NCBI RefSeq assembly: GCF_964204865.1
Contig: NC_135253.1
Location: 23,684,001 to 23,748,000, forward strand
Reading direction: 5' to 3'
Source of the DNA: Styela clava
Lineage: Eukaryota
Length of the DNA stretch: 64,000 bases
Positions 1-13,156 of this stretch are shown here, piece by piece (position 1 is the stretch's first letter; each line of letters opens with the position of its first letter). The notes below the pieces were generated by a model. It searched no databases, was not told where the DNA came from, and was given only the letters and a program-made list of their open reading frames with translations. Both the position numbers and the translations under genes were made by a program.

Positions 1-2170
1 GATACTTTAAAGTAAATACTTTAAGCTTTTACACGTATTTTAGGATATATGGTAGGATTTAAATATTTACCCCGGGGGAGAGGAAGGTTGATGAGACGTC
101 CTAATTGTATGTAAAACACAAACTCTCGTTCGGTTATCAGTTCCTGTGTGATTTAGGATTAGTTAGCCATTTATTTGTTTTTTTGGAAGCATGGATCTGA
201 TGGTGTAGGAAGGCGTAAACGGCTTCTAATGACACGTTCTGTAAATTTTACTTCAATTCTACGAAAGAAAACATCTACATTGTAACCTCGTAAACTTGGG
301 GGTAAAAGCTGCCGTTAGCACAATTCTCGATCAGGTGTAAAGTTGTACGAGAAACATCGATGACGAGGGAATTCTTGACAGATTCTTGAATTAAAAAAAA
401 TTGCTCGAAGCGTGGTCATGCACACTCACTCTCAAGTGAAGGAGACTCATCTCTGAGCTAAGCTACGGGCTACCCTTGAATATCAAGATACCAAATCATC
501 ACTGAATGGAAGTTTCCCCGACCCTCGACCCCTGAAATTTATCCTTATACTTTACTATTGAAAATTTTTCATTTTTATTTTAGGCGTGTTTTGAAGTGTT
601 GACGCTTACAAACCGAGGTACAATTGCAGTTGTTACGCTGTTGTTGTCTTTTTGCTGATTGGTTATGATTACTGAAATGAACAAGGAAATTAAATCGGGA
701 AAGCCATAACTGACCAACAGTTACGACCCACTATAAATGCTTTCGCACATATTCATTCGAGGAATGTCACGGACGGCTCTTTGATAGTTCGGCTCTCGTT
801 CGCTAGTTACCCTTGATAAATATAAACCCTGCAATACACTGGCGCCTTTGGGCCAACATTTAAGCGATATTTTACTTAAAAAGCAAATAAAAATCAGAGG
901 AAAGTCAAGAAAAAAAGAGACAATGCGTCGCGTATTGCACGACTCGGTAAATATCGTTCGTCTGCTGAAGACGATATGCAACCAAGAGACTTGTTCGCAA
1001 ACAATGTGTGACAATGTAGTGCCATTATTACGACAAAATAAGAATAATAGAGACTAGATTGTAAATTTACCTTATTATCACATCACAAATAATCGTCGTC
1101 ATCATATTTTTGGAAAATTCATTGGTTTGAAGTCTTCGGCAACGTTATTCAATTTTCAATTTTTAAGGATAATTACGATCGAACTAAAGTTTTCCTGGTC
1201 AACGTATATTCCCAACATCTAATGACTCATCCACGAAAGCTCAAGTCAATTCGTTCACATACTGCAGGTCTTAATTCCCGTACGAAAGACACAAAAATAT
1301 ACAAAACAAAATGCAAATAAAGAGGCGCATAAAAAGAATATTAGATGCAGCCATGATATAGAAGTCCTACTTATATCGGATTCGGCAATTTCAAAACATT
1401 TTTCCAATACCCATTGATAAGTTTATGAAATAGAAATTCTCGACAGTTATCGATGAAAAAATTTTTGTAAACGTAACGTGACGAGTCATAGGGCTGCTGG
1501 CGTGAAGCAAATGAGCAAGAATCGGAAATGCATCAAATCTTTTTATTCATCATAGATACTTATATTGTGTGTCACAGAGTCAAATTGCCACTTAAATGTG
1601 TTATCTTTATTTAAACTTTTTTTTTAATTTTAGCAACTTCACTACATTTTTGCCCTGTGGGTTGTAGTATTTTTGTACTATTGCGAAGCTCAAAATAAAT
1701 TATTTCATGGTGCTCAATAGATAGTTGTTGCGCAACGCCCCAAACCAAACAACAATGGAGATGTTTACAGCGCTTAATAGGGCAACTTTTTTCACACGGG
1801 TTTTCGTAAAATCTGGCATCGGAAAGTTCATGTGATTCATCCAAAGATCTTGACACTACTTGACCAAGTTATATATATAAACATTCCATTGTTCCGTCAA
1901 ATAACTATTGTTATATCATAATCACTCTCGAATATTGTCAGATCTTTGCCGACGAATTCAAATATTTGTAGATTGTTACCATTGTTACGTATCCTTTATT
2001 ATGCTGTCATAATCTTATGTACTTTAAATAACTTCCGTGCAGTTTATTCACAGAATTCTTTTGATTTGAATCAATTCACGTCAAGAGTGATATTAATCAC
2101 CCTATAACTAGAATAGAGATACATTGCTAAATATATATTTCATTTTGAATGCGGCCATGGTACAAAAATT

Positions 2171-2385
2171 GGCGCTTTAGAAGTGTGTGTATCAATATGG
2201 AGGTAACAAATTTTGTTCGCCTACTTTACATCAAGCTGTGTAAAGGGACTGAAACCTATAGGCAGGGGGTATATTCACTTGTCTAACACAGACAGTCCCC
2301 GAACTCGTAATAGTACTAAAGTAACGAAAATGGGAATAAAATTATGGCCCTAACCCTACCCTGGTACATACACCACGGAAGTATC
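2171..2385 (+). mobile_element. Merlin-like MITE family B (right half shared with family A, different left half)
   Basis: 8-bp TSD CAAAAATT; shares the AGTCCCCGAACTCGTAATAG...CCTAACCCT segment with family A. Confidence 0.82.
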
Positions 2386-4857
2386 CAAAAATTAAGAAAA
2401 GTGCCAAAACTTCAAATGAGGTTTGAAACATGCGACAAAATAGAACGGCATGGGTTATCGTACCTTGTGACCGCATATGTGAATCAAGCTTGATTCGATC
2501 TTACCAAAAACCGTATACCGTATTTTACGATTTTATTCAAAGCGCGCCTTATGGTCGTCGTAAAATAGTTATATTGTCGTCATTACGGGGGGCGGATAAA
2601 TAATGCGCAATTAACTGTTCCGCGCCCGACTAAAACATTCGAAATGCAAGGGGTCGCTTTAGGCCCTTAATATGCATAACGTTATTATAAAACAATAAAA
2701 ATTGTCAATTTTTCCACTTATGTATGTGTGTATAGTTACTACTATCAGTGCCCACGCGCTAATTCTTTGATTTATTTATCTTAGACTGGGATAAATTGTT
2801 ACCCTGCCTTCCATCCTATAACTCAAGATAAACAGACATAGAAAACGTATATATCAGAAAATTTATGGTGGGTTGATAATTGGGTAGTAGACGTACTGTT
2901 TTTACAATGTTATTATTACTGAACGTGCTTGTCACCAGCCCGCCCCTGATGTGATAATGAATAGAATTAGGTAAACAAAGAGGCCGTGTTATTTGTTGAT
3001 CCAAGTCGCGATGGTTAGCTTATGGTCCCTTCTCTCGAAACGGTTGTAAAACGATTAAATACTTTGAAAGTAAAATTTCTAATTTCATAAAACCAATTAT
3101 TCCTTTAGACTTCCTATAGACTTTTTGAGTGTATTGCGTAGACGTCTCCTCAAAGTCACGAGTTAGGTCGGGTCATTGTCAACCAAATATAAATCTTATT
3201 GGCTGTTATTTCAGTACGAGTTTAAGGTATTTGTTCAGATGACACGATCCCCCTCAGTTACCGGCACCACCATCAAGACAACAAGCCCAGTACATGTCAT
3301 TCAACACAGGCTATTCGACATAACCCGGCACTTTAATGACAAACCATACTCTGATTCCTAAGCGAGCTACCCCCTGCGTAGCATTAAGAAATATAAATTT
3401 GCTTTAAATATCAAAAACACATTTATTATGGTGACTTCACCGCTGGAATATTTAAAAATCGCGCGTTAGTCTGACAAGAAGGTGACATATCCTTGGTTTG
3501 TATTGTGACGTATTAATCAAATATATGGGATTATACTATCACAATCGCTAATCCATTCGCGTGTGTAAAGTAGTCTTCACGTGTTGAGATTTTGTATGAA
3601 TAGATAATTTTGAGCATGCAGCGAGTTAAATAGCGGTCTTCTCGGACGTCCTGGTTATTTACGACATGGGGTTTAGATTAAATAGAAATCTGTGTTAGGT
3701 TCTGGATAACAATATAAAACTTTGAAAAACTCAGTGTGTGTATGTGAAGTAGAATTTATGTTATTAGCACGCAGGGCGTAGGAAATAGTGTTAGTGAGAA
3801 TTTTTTTTGTATAATGACGTAATACGACGATTACTCGTGATAGCAAACCGGGTAAATTCCGTTTTCAGTTAATCGTTCAAGAATGGAGTAATTGAGTATT
3901 AAAGAGAATAGTGTTCCGTCTTTTTTGTCCCAGAAACAATATAAAACTTTAAAATTATTACGGCAGGCATATTGAATCGAATTGATGTTAGATATTGCAG
4001 TTAGTTTAAAAAATAACGACACGTCAAATTAAAATTTTTAACGTAATAGTGAAGTCATAATTAGTTGGAATTAATATTCATTGAATCAAACTTATTTGTT
4101 CAATTATTAGTTTTCACACAAAACGGTAATACATTTATTAACTACTGAAGAATTTAAAACGATTGAATGTTTGTTTATATTGAACCTGTAGCGGTAACCG
4201 GTCAAGAAGCCTTGGTATTTTCGTTGACTAGATTCTCCTCGAGTCTTTCACGACCCCTTCTCAACTGCAACAAGCCGATATCCGTTTTTGTAAATTGCCA
4301 CATGTCTTTTATTTATTTCATATCGTATATTGGTTTTGTACGAAGAAAAAAAAATATCGGAATCTATTGTAAAATTCTGTCAAATTGCCACCATGGTTGC
4401 TGATAATTCGAAAAATGTTGTTGAAGGACCTCGTTATGAGTTTCAATGTATTGGTTTCGTTTGTTTACTTTTCACGGTTTCGAAGTAATTAATAAAAGTC
4501 ATTCGAAATCGATCTTTGATTCGCAACGGTTTGAAATCGCTCATTTTGGACCAAAGATGGTGGATGCTAAACTCGTCAGCGACATCTATGGATTTCACAT
4601 GATTTTGTATAGAGTAGCAAAAAATTCACGTTTTGATATCAAATTGCTTTTGAAGTGGCTCAAGTACAATCCGCGACGTCCGAGTGCTACTTATTTAAAC
4701 AACTTGAATTTGACATCACCGCTGAGCTGCTATAGAAAGATTGTCGGTTAGACTTGACGTTGTTTGAATTCTTATTTCGCCACAACATGATGTCAACTGG
4801 TCTGACTATAACACGCCCGTTTTTACGAAACTTGGCATAGAATAGGAGGATAAGATT

Positions 4858-5108
4858 CACATATTTATCCCGGGGGAGAGGAATCATATAGGGTTAGTTG
4901 GCCAGTTATTTGTTTTCGGAAGCATGGATGGACTTGATGGTGAAAGGAGCCGGAACCGACCCGCGGTTACGTGAACTACCCTATGGCGGCGAGAATTCCA
5001 GCGATTCTTTCGCACATAATTAACCCCGCGTGGAATTCGAACCTGCTAACCCACGCAGGTGGCGAGCGTATCTCTAACGCGTAGCACGATGCACCACACC
5101 GCCGAGCC
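4858..5108 (-). mobile_element. tRNA-derived SINE
   Basis: Minus strand starts GGCTCGGCGGTGTGGTGCA (A-box-like) with B box GGTTCGAATTCC but no cloverleaf; body recurs at about 55-225, 37020-37145, 49970-50075, 57010-57490 and 62630-62780. Confidence 0.72.
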
Positions 5109-6109
5109 TTGTTCACGCCTTTACTCGGAAGCCGTCGCTGATATCTGGGGATATGTGAGGAGCTGCTTTTTAGATATTATTGGATTCTTTTTGATGCCCG
5201 ATTTATCACACCCTGGATTAGGTGATGGCGTCGGGTTTGAATTGGTGTTGCGATCCCGGGATATTCGTTTTTTTTTAATCCAATAAGTTATTTTGAATAT
5301 AGTCCCGAGATTTGATAAGTGACGTATTGTTATTCTAAAACGGTTATCACTTTGCAATTCGTGAATTGTACTTAATTTGCATTTTAGTTTGCAGTTTTAG
5401 TAACTAAAAAGAAATTCAAATTTAGTCCAAATTTCAAGATTTGAAGAAATGTGTGACGTATTGTTATTCTAAAACGGTTTTACTGTGCATTTCGTAAATT
5501 GTACGCACTATAAACAATCAAACCCACGTCAGTGGAGGCTGAGCGTGCATTTTCAGATCTTGGATTTTTTTGTCAAAAAAAATCAGAAATCGTTTTAATG
5601 ATAACCCTCTTTTTTTTTTTTTATATGTGTTCAAATCGGGTCCTGGAATAGCTTGAAATAGTCCCCCCCCCCCCCCCCCCCCTATTTTGAATCCAAGATG
5701 TGTAATCTGCAATACCAACTCAGGTAAGCCCAACGCTGTGACCGCTGGACCGCCGTTTGTTTTTCTTGACGTCAATAAAAATTTCTTGACACTAACGGAA
5801 ATAGCTCTGAACTTCTACCTAGTTTTAGGACTTCCAGTGAAGCGTAACTTTGTTGATCTTGCTACTATCTGACCTTGGAATATTATGCCCTACTTATCTC
5901 TAGAATTTAGATGGCAATATGACGTCATCTTTTTATATTCTGACGTCATGATTTATAATTTGACGTCACTTTTTTTGTGAATTTTTAAGTCAATATAACC
6001 ATCGAGCATAGAAGTTCTATAAACTTCATAACATTGGTGAACCCAAAAATTTTTCTCGTTTAATGCTATCAATAAATACATTAGAATTGTATTCTTCTAC
6101 TTTTGCTTT

Positions 6110-6220
6110 GGACCTCCAGAAGTATGCGCACCAAGATGGCGCACAACCTGAACATAGTAGGTGTGTACCGGTTAGGATTCAGGTTGTGCGACATCTTGGT
6201 GCGCATACTTCTGGAGCACC
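6110..6220. mobile_element. Merlin-like MITE family C (111-bp hairpin)
   Basis: About 43-bp TIRs related to family A ends; TSD TTTGCTTT/TTTGATTT. Confidence 0.82.
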
Positions 6221-6711
6221 TTTGATTTTAATAATGATTCTTAAATATTTTGGTAGGCGACTTTATACAAGCCGCTAGGGTCGACGTTTGTATAAGATAA
6301 TAGCATGTGTACTGTCAATTATAGATAAGATCGAGCTCATAAATTCCGACCCAGGCCCGCGGGTATTAAACCCGATCCGACTCGAGCCGGACTAATTAAC
6401 TGGATTTGCAGGCCCGAGCCCGAAGCCAACCCGAAATTTCATATTTTATCTAGGAGTTCTTCGAATTGTCAAGAGTTCAGTACAGTATGTGTCGTGTTGC
6501 TGAGGCAACTTCTGTTTTTTTTTAGACCACGGTCTCTGGTGGCCAAAACACGACCGAAACGCCCTTTTTAAAAACAAAAGCCAGCGATAGAGAAACCAGA
6601 CCCGAACGTAATGATTGACATTTCAGGCCCGACTTGGGTCTGGTCGTCCACGGGCTTCAGATCTTAGCTCTGCTGTCAATCAAGTGCAATGTAAGGAATT
6701 ATTCCTTAAAC

Positions 6712-7031
6712 CAGGGGTGGGCAACCTGTGGCCCGCGAGTCAAATGTATCACAAAAGAAAAAATGTGCGGCCTGCATAGAAGGGCAAATTTTGATTGGTG
6801 TGCGGCCTGCGAAACGAGTTTTTTAATTAGTTCAATCTAATACGAGCAAATAATTACAATCCTTTTGCGCTGCAAGTGCTTGTGCGAAGCGAGTAACGCG
6901 TGTCATAAGATCATTGACCAAAATTTTTGTGACTGCAACTACTAGAAAGCCTGTGTTAATTATAGGTGCGCCCGCGGTTTCAACCAGTCATTTGTATTTG
7001 ACCCTCCTGTATTAAAAGTTGCACACCCCTG
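6712..7031. mobile_element. hAT (Charlie-like) MITE
   Basis: CAGGGGTGGGCAACCT...AAGTTGCACACCCCTG with GGCCCGCG subterminal motifs; TSD decayed. Confidence 0.75.
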
Positions 7032-7911
7032 TCTTGAATGATTTCAAATGTCTCAAGTCTAAATTCAAAATGGCGATAAATGTTCAACTTAACTGTAAAT
7101 CGTCCTATTAAAATTCTGAAAATAAAAATGTGATATTGGGAGTGACAAAGGAAGTATTGCAGAATTGACGCGTGCAGAATAAATCAATCCTAACTTGAAC
7201 TGCTTCGTTTTGTGATTTCAGTTGCTATGTGACGTGATGTCAGTTGCTATTGATCGCGGCTTCAATTTATGCCGCAGCATCGATTTGCGGGGCAAACTTG
7301 TGGCAATAAAAATCATAGAGTAGGCTTTGATGTACAGCAGATGATTTAGTTAGCGCGTGACTTTAATTGATGACCTTGATCTGACATTGCTTTCAAAACA
7401 GCTGGTAAATTTTTATATTGTTCGTGATTTCGATTAATGTTGTCGTTGTTTGAAGTTTGTAATGGACGTGCTGGCAACTATTACTGTTCCAGCCCACTAG
7501 TGTTCACTCTAAGGTTCCTCGCAAGTCCAAAAAAGTACGAAAGTGCTCTGGCCGATTTTAACAAGTTAGGTACCCCAGCTTTCGTTTTAACTTTTAAAAG
7601 CGTCGTGTCCGTTAAAAAGGTTATAACTATGACTGTCCAATAGAGTCGCAAATTATTTGAATCGGGCTGCGTTGTTGCCACATTTCGACGTTACCATTGT
7701 CAAATTTTGTTAATGCCGTTATTGCTTCTATATTTCAATAAATAAACTAATAGCTAGCTAGGTTATCTCAGCCCTGCGGTCCCTATGGAGCACTTTGGGA
7801 AACTAAGATAGGTCATCGAGCTTACGAAAAAACATTGAAGTATGTGAAAATTTTTATCAAAAACTCGCGACTTTAGATTGGGCACTATACATACGTTCAG
7901 TTACATATATT

Positions 7912-7968
7912 GGTGCTCCCGAAGTATGCAAACCAAGATGGCGGACATCGGAACGTAACATGGGTAAC
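7912..7968. mobile_element. Solo TIR fragment of MITE family A
   Basis: GGTGCTCCCGAAGTATGCAAACCAAGATGGCGGACATCGGAACGTAACATGGGTAAC matches the 48524 end. Confidence 0.7.
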
Positions 7969-9289
7969 ATTTGTATAACATTGTTTCATGTTGACTGAAG
8001 ATAGATTAATCCCTCTAGAATAATGGACATGAAGAGCCCTACAAATAATTTGTTTACAAAAATATTCTTTCATGTGATATTTTGTCACCGTATAGTGTGT
8101 CAAAAGTCTCTTCATATTTGACCTATGGCCTCTCAATTTACAGATCTAAAAAGCGATGATCATTTGGGTGACCGGTCGCCTTAACAGTGTGTCACCCTAT
8201 TGTTAGTTATTATAAAGTTTCAGCTGGATTTCAATTATAAAATGAACCCGTGCTTTGAGTTAATTTATGATTTTGTCTACTTGTCATATTTGCGGTCAAA
8301 TATGGCACGCGATTTCAAGTACGTTTTGACAATGAAGAGGACTTTGTATTTTTTGGAGTGTGAATACACGTCACAAGTACGCTTAACGGAATCCTATCCT
8401 AACTCATTTTAATTTGTTTATAATACACAGAGGTCATTTACAAGGTCAATGCGTGAATCCAAACATGGCCAGGCAGGGGCGAAGCCATGAGTTTTCAGAG
8501 TTGGAGAGCATCTGAAATATCCAATTGCCAAATAAGACCGTAACAGCCAGCTGACCCCGTCGTGAGACGGAAAACAAGGTTCCAAGAGCCTTGCGGGCCC
8601 TAAAAGCATTTCAAGCTACGGAAATTGCTATGTTTGATGCAGGAAAATGCTTTTTTTACTTTTTACATTTCAGAAAAGGGGTGTCCGACCTTCATTCCCC
8701 GCAAAAGGGTCTCCGACTCTCACCCCCGCCTCCTTGGCTACGCCCCATTTTCTAAGTACTATCCTATTATGGCCCCACTACCGATTTACTGATCTGTTTT
8801 CTTTGGTTTTGTTTATCTTAACAAGTTAGTTTAGCAAAGGTGTTGTACAACTTACTAGATAAACAGAGAAAAATGGGGTATTATTCTAGCCCGATGGTTT
8901 TTAACCGAGGACGCAGAGCGGGGGCCCGTGTCCTCCAAAGGGGCCACAGAGGAGTTGTAGGGGCCACAATACTAAGCTAAAAATTAATTTTATTGCAATT
9001 TTGTTCGCATACTTCTCTGAAAAAAATATATTTGCAATTGCAATTTCTCTCTGAATATGGACTCGAAAAAGCAAAGTAGAAGACGCGACTATGTTTTGAC
9101 CTATGAGGGACTGGTATCTTTCTGCTCGTTTCCATATTTAGTCTGGCTGATTTATAACACTGACTGAAGTGGCGGTAGTGAGCTGATTATCTTTTTACGG
9201 AGTATTTCAAACCTCTAATCAAACAAGTCTCTGAGCAAGCAAACACTTTAAACTGGCACTTGAAGAGCTAATATGTTCCAGCTAGGGTA

Positions 9290-9790
9290 TATTGACCATT
9301 GCGCATATAAACTTTTCATTAATAATTATGTCCGCAAAATTTCTAAAATATTTCCCGGAACAGTGAAATAAATAACAACATAGCTATAAGCAATTTAAGC
9401 TTATTTTATAATACCAGGACCTATGGTCGAGAACTCTCCTTGTGTATCACGCCAGATTTTAGAGTAAGACCATCGCGCGTATAAATTTCTTATTAATAGT
9501 AATTTCCGCAAAAATTCCCCAAATACAGTGCAATAAGTTGCACCAAAACGATTGGCAATCTAAGCGTATTTTATAATACCAGGACTTATGAATGAGAACC
9601 CTTCAATAAATATTCTGTATCAGGCCTATCACGCCAGCTCTAAGATCCTAGAGATAATGAATTTCTCATTAATAGTAATTTTCGCAACAAATTTTAAAAA
9701 ATTCCACAAATACAGTGTAATAAATAACAACATAGCTATAGGCAATCTAAGCTTATTTTATAATACCAGGACTTATGGTCGAGAACCCTC
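9290..9790. repeat. Three degenerate ~175-bp tandem units
   Basis: GCAAT(C/T)TAAGC.TATTTTATAATACCAGGAC.TATG recurs at about 9390, 9556 and 9742. Confidence 0.8.
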
Positions 9791-12700
9791 CATGAATCGA
9801 GAGTCTCTTGGCATTTCCAGAACACGGGAATGCTTCCCTAACACCCCGTGTCTTTGTATTTGAGCCGCTCAAAGAACCCTTGAGTTTGAAGGGTTGAACT
9901 TATTCGAAGGAGGTGTTAAGACTATGCTATTTTAGGAGTGTAAACTCGTGTTAGTTTGTTTACCACTTTCCTGCTGGTATTTTGTTCAGCTGGTTTGTTA
10001 AACTTTAACTGCTGTAAGGAACTCAGATTTTGGTAGTTGCGCTGGATTATGTGTTTTTTTTGTCTGGCAATTTAAACGATTACGCATTTCATCGAAATTT
10101 CTATTTCCGAAACAGGTTTTTTCGCAAAACTTTCTGCGCTGCAGACACTTTAGTTATCTTGATAGATGTATTGTATCTTGTAGATATATTGGCACCTCTT
10201 TTGTTTGAAAAAGCTCTTATATACTTTTAGCGGTATTAAGGAGCAAAATGGAGGGGTGTAAAAAATATGTACCGACGTAACATTACGTAATTATGTACAC
10301 TTAAAGACAAATGGTGAATTTAAATGATAATAAATGACTTTTCGTCTGTATTTGATTTTTCACTACTTTTCTGCTGCTTTGCTGTTGTTTCATTTTGCTG
10401 TTTATTTTAACTTGAACTGTTGCAAAAATTGAGGGTGGGATTCGTAGTTATGTTCTGATAAATGTCAGTTCGCATTATTACATTTTAAAAGTTAACCATC
10501 GCCTGCTTGTCAATGAAATTCCTATGATAATTTACGCATGTCTGCGTTGTGGACAGCTTTGTATACCATCTGTGGATCAATTGACGCCCAGATAAAGCCC
10601 TTAGAAAATCATCAGGGGCTCTCTTTTATCAGTAATATTTTCATTCTAATTGAAAGCTCGCAAACGAGATTGCATTAGAACGCCACTACAGATGTGAAAA
10701 ATACAGTTATTACACGTACTACCAGTGTGAAGCAAAAAAGGCCCAAAACTTGCACTTTTTGGAATTACCTTGCAATTTGCCGAGTTAATTTAAACGTTTG
10801 GGATATATTGTCTTTGTTATGGTGTTCATTTTTTATGCAGATGATATTGTTGTTTTGCTAATAAGCATACAATACGATTATCGCAGATCAGTTTTAACTT
10901 TCTTCGCAACTTATTGGATAGTATGAGCGCCAAGCAGGTAAAACTGGGATATATCAACTAACCCACGGAGATTGTAAAGCGTTGTCGGAAGAAGATGGAC
11001 ATCAGGTATGTAAGTATCTACAATATTATATGTCAGAGTTCCTAGTCAGCGGTTCATGAACCCTCTAGGGCGGGAGTGGGCAAATTACGGCCCGCGGGCT
11101 GGATCCGGCCCGCCGAAGTGTTTAATCGGGCCCATTCGTGTCATGATGAAATTAGGACTATAGTTTTCATGGATATAAATTTATGGTGAAAATATTGATG
11201 AAAAAACCTGCTTATCAATATATAAACATTAGCCTAGCTGTTGTGAATAAACTGTTATTATTCATTGTTACTCATATTGTTTTGAGTCTCCGTTCCAATA
11301 ATAAATAGTATTATCTGTAACCCTGGCCCACTCATAAAAGTAACAAGCCCTGATGTAAAAAATTGTTTGATTTTGTTACTTTTCACATTTTGTCTGGGAA
11401 TGGATGTTACTTGACTAAGGTCTATTTTTGATGTTTAGAATTTTCTCACGTCTGGATAGCGCTCGTGATTGTATCAATGTAAACAATAGAATGTAATTAG
11501 AGTTTTCCAGTAATTCATTTCTCATTGCAGTAATTTTAATTTGATTTTGTCACGCTCGGATAGCGGCGATGACGTCATATAGGTAAACACAAAGAGACTG
11601 TCATCGTTTTTGAAGTAGATGAATTAGAAATCGCGTATAAATTTAGTAGGTCATTTGTCTGTGAGAGTAGTTGCGTTATGTATCCTAGCAAATTTTGGTC
11701 TGGAATTACTATTAGCTAGTATAACATTTAATATAGTTATCAGATGCTAGCGCTAAAACAGACAGACTTGAATTACCTCAAATGCGACTTTGGGAACCGC
11801 GGTTATGTGTAATTAATGAGGAGTATTTGGCCTCATGCCTCTCTTTTCATTGAATCCCTATTGCTTCTAACAAAATACTGCCGTAACCACTTTGATTCAT
11901 GAGAGCCAAAGCTCTGAAAAGAAAGAGCCGCATCTTAGATTTGAGTCGCAAGAGTGTACAATTTGATATGGATATTAGATGAGATAATGCGATACTAATT
12001 CCTTATCCTACATCTGTGCCTTTGCGCCAGTGGATCTGCTTATAAGGAGCAAGGATGCTGCAGCAGGGGTGAAGATATTAACTATTTTACGTGATTCAAA
12101 AGTCTTGCTGTCTGACACTCAAGGATACAGAAATATAGGCTTATATAATATAGGATGTCAATAAAGTCCCTTCACAATTTCCATTTTGTTATGAAGTCAC
12201 TTCTCAATATATTTAATTCAGGTTTGTTGTTTTTCAATCAATATTTGTTTAAGTATTTTTACTTTATTCAACATCTCCATGTAATCTGTGAAGGCCAAAA
12301 CAATATATGGTATCGCTAAATTCCCTTTACAACTTTAAAATATTTTAAGACTTTATAGACATCCTATATTACATTGTAATGTGAAATTTTGAAACAGCTT
12401 AATAGCCGTTTTGATTGTCGCTACGGATCGCCTAACACAAATTCATAAATGAGGTTATACCAAATTGTTATATGCAGTGACATTCTGAATGTCAGTGCTA
12501 ATATATTGTTATTGATATACGTATATCAGAGTAATGCATATTTAGTGTGGTGTTATTTTTTGATATTTTACAGATTTTCGTTTTATTTAGAAAAAAGCTT
12601 GTCTCAAGGAACGTAAATTTAAAAGGTCTTTGATTTATAGGTAAATACATGCACTAAATGTTACACTCCGTAACCTGAATAACGTTGTTAGGTCTCGCCC

Positions 12701-12864
12701 AGAACACCTTTCAAGGTACCTCACGTTTGTCACACTATATATGTTATAGTTATCGAGCTTGGATATTTTTTCGATTTTTTTGATGTGGCGTTCAATTGTG
12801 CTGGCAAATTTTGATTGTTTTCTATAATTAACATTTATTAGTGCAGAGATCGGGCGATTTCATT

Positions 12865-13156
12865 ATGGAGTTAGTATTGTTGTATTTGATAATGACTCAT
12901 TTATACGTGTTGCCAACTCATGCCGGCGTATCGCTGTTTGATATTGTTGCCGAGAAAATGTCGAAACGGGAGTTCTCGAATGACAACGATATTCATGTTA
13001 ATGATGAAAATAGCATGAAGGATTTTGTTAGCGCGGAAGACATTTGGGATGAAGATAGGATCAAGAAAATGTTGGGATTGGATTATGACGAAATAGGTGG
13101 ATCTAGGGAAGAAAACATTGACAGTTTCGAGATGCAAGGTGAGGATAAGTTTCAAG
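12865..13156 (+). CDS. GDF1/3: GDF1/3 coding exon 1 (signal peptide and acidic N-terminal prodomain)
   Basis: ATG at 12865, hydrophobic [21 protein letters not shown]; donor CAAG|GTAAGT at 13157 (phase 1). Confidence 0.8.

Noticed and set aside
788-1057. Open frame FGSRSLV...NKNNRD as a possible last exon of an upstream gene
   Set aside because: No recognisable domain, weak acceptor and no linked exon that I could phase.
5020-5108. Possible second tRNA gene (B box GGTTCGAATTCC on the minus strand)
   Set aside because: No cloverleaf or acceptor stem; it continues into a repeated body, so it is called a SINE head.
8890-9290. Possible internally deleted Buster derivative (MDSKKQSRRRDY...FKPLIKQV)
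   Set aside because: Similarity to transposase termini is faint, and no right TIR or TSD could be located.
10825-10865. FYADDIVVL, resembling the non-LTR reverse transcriptase YADD motif
   Set aside because: Isolated motif with nearby stops and no other RT blocks recognised; at most a tiny LINE remnant.
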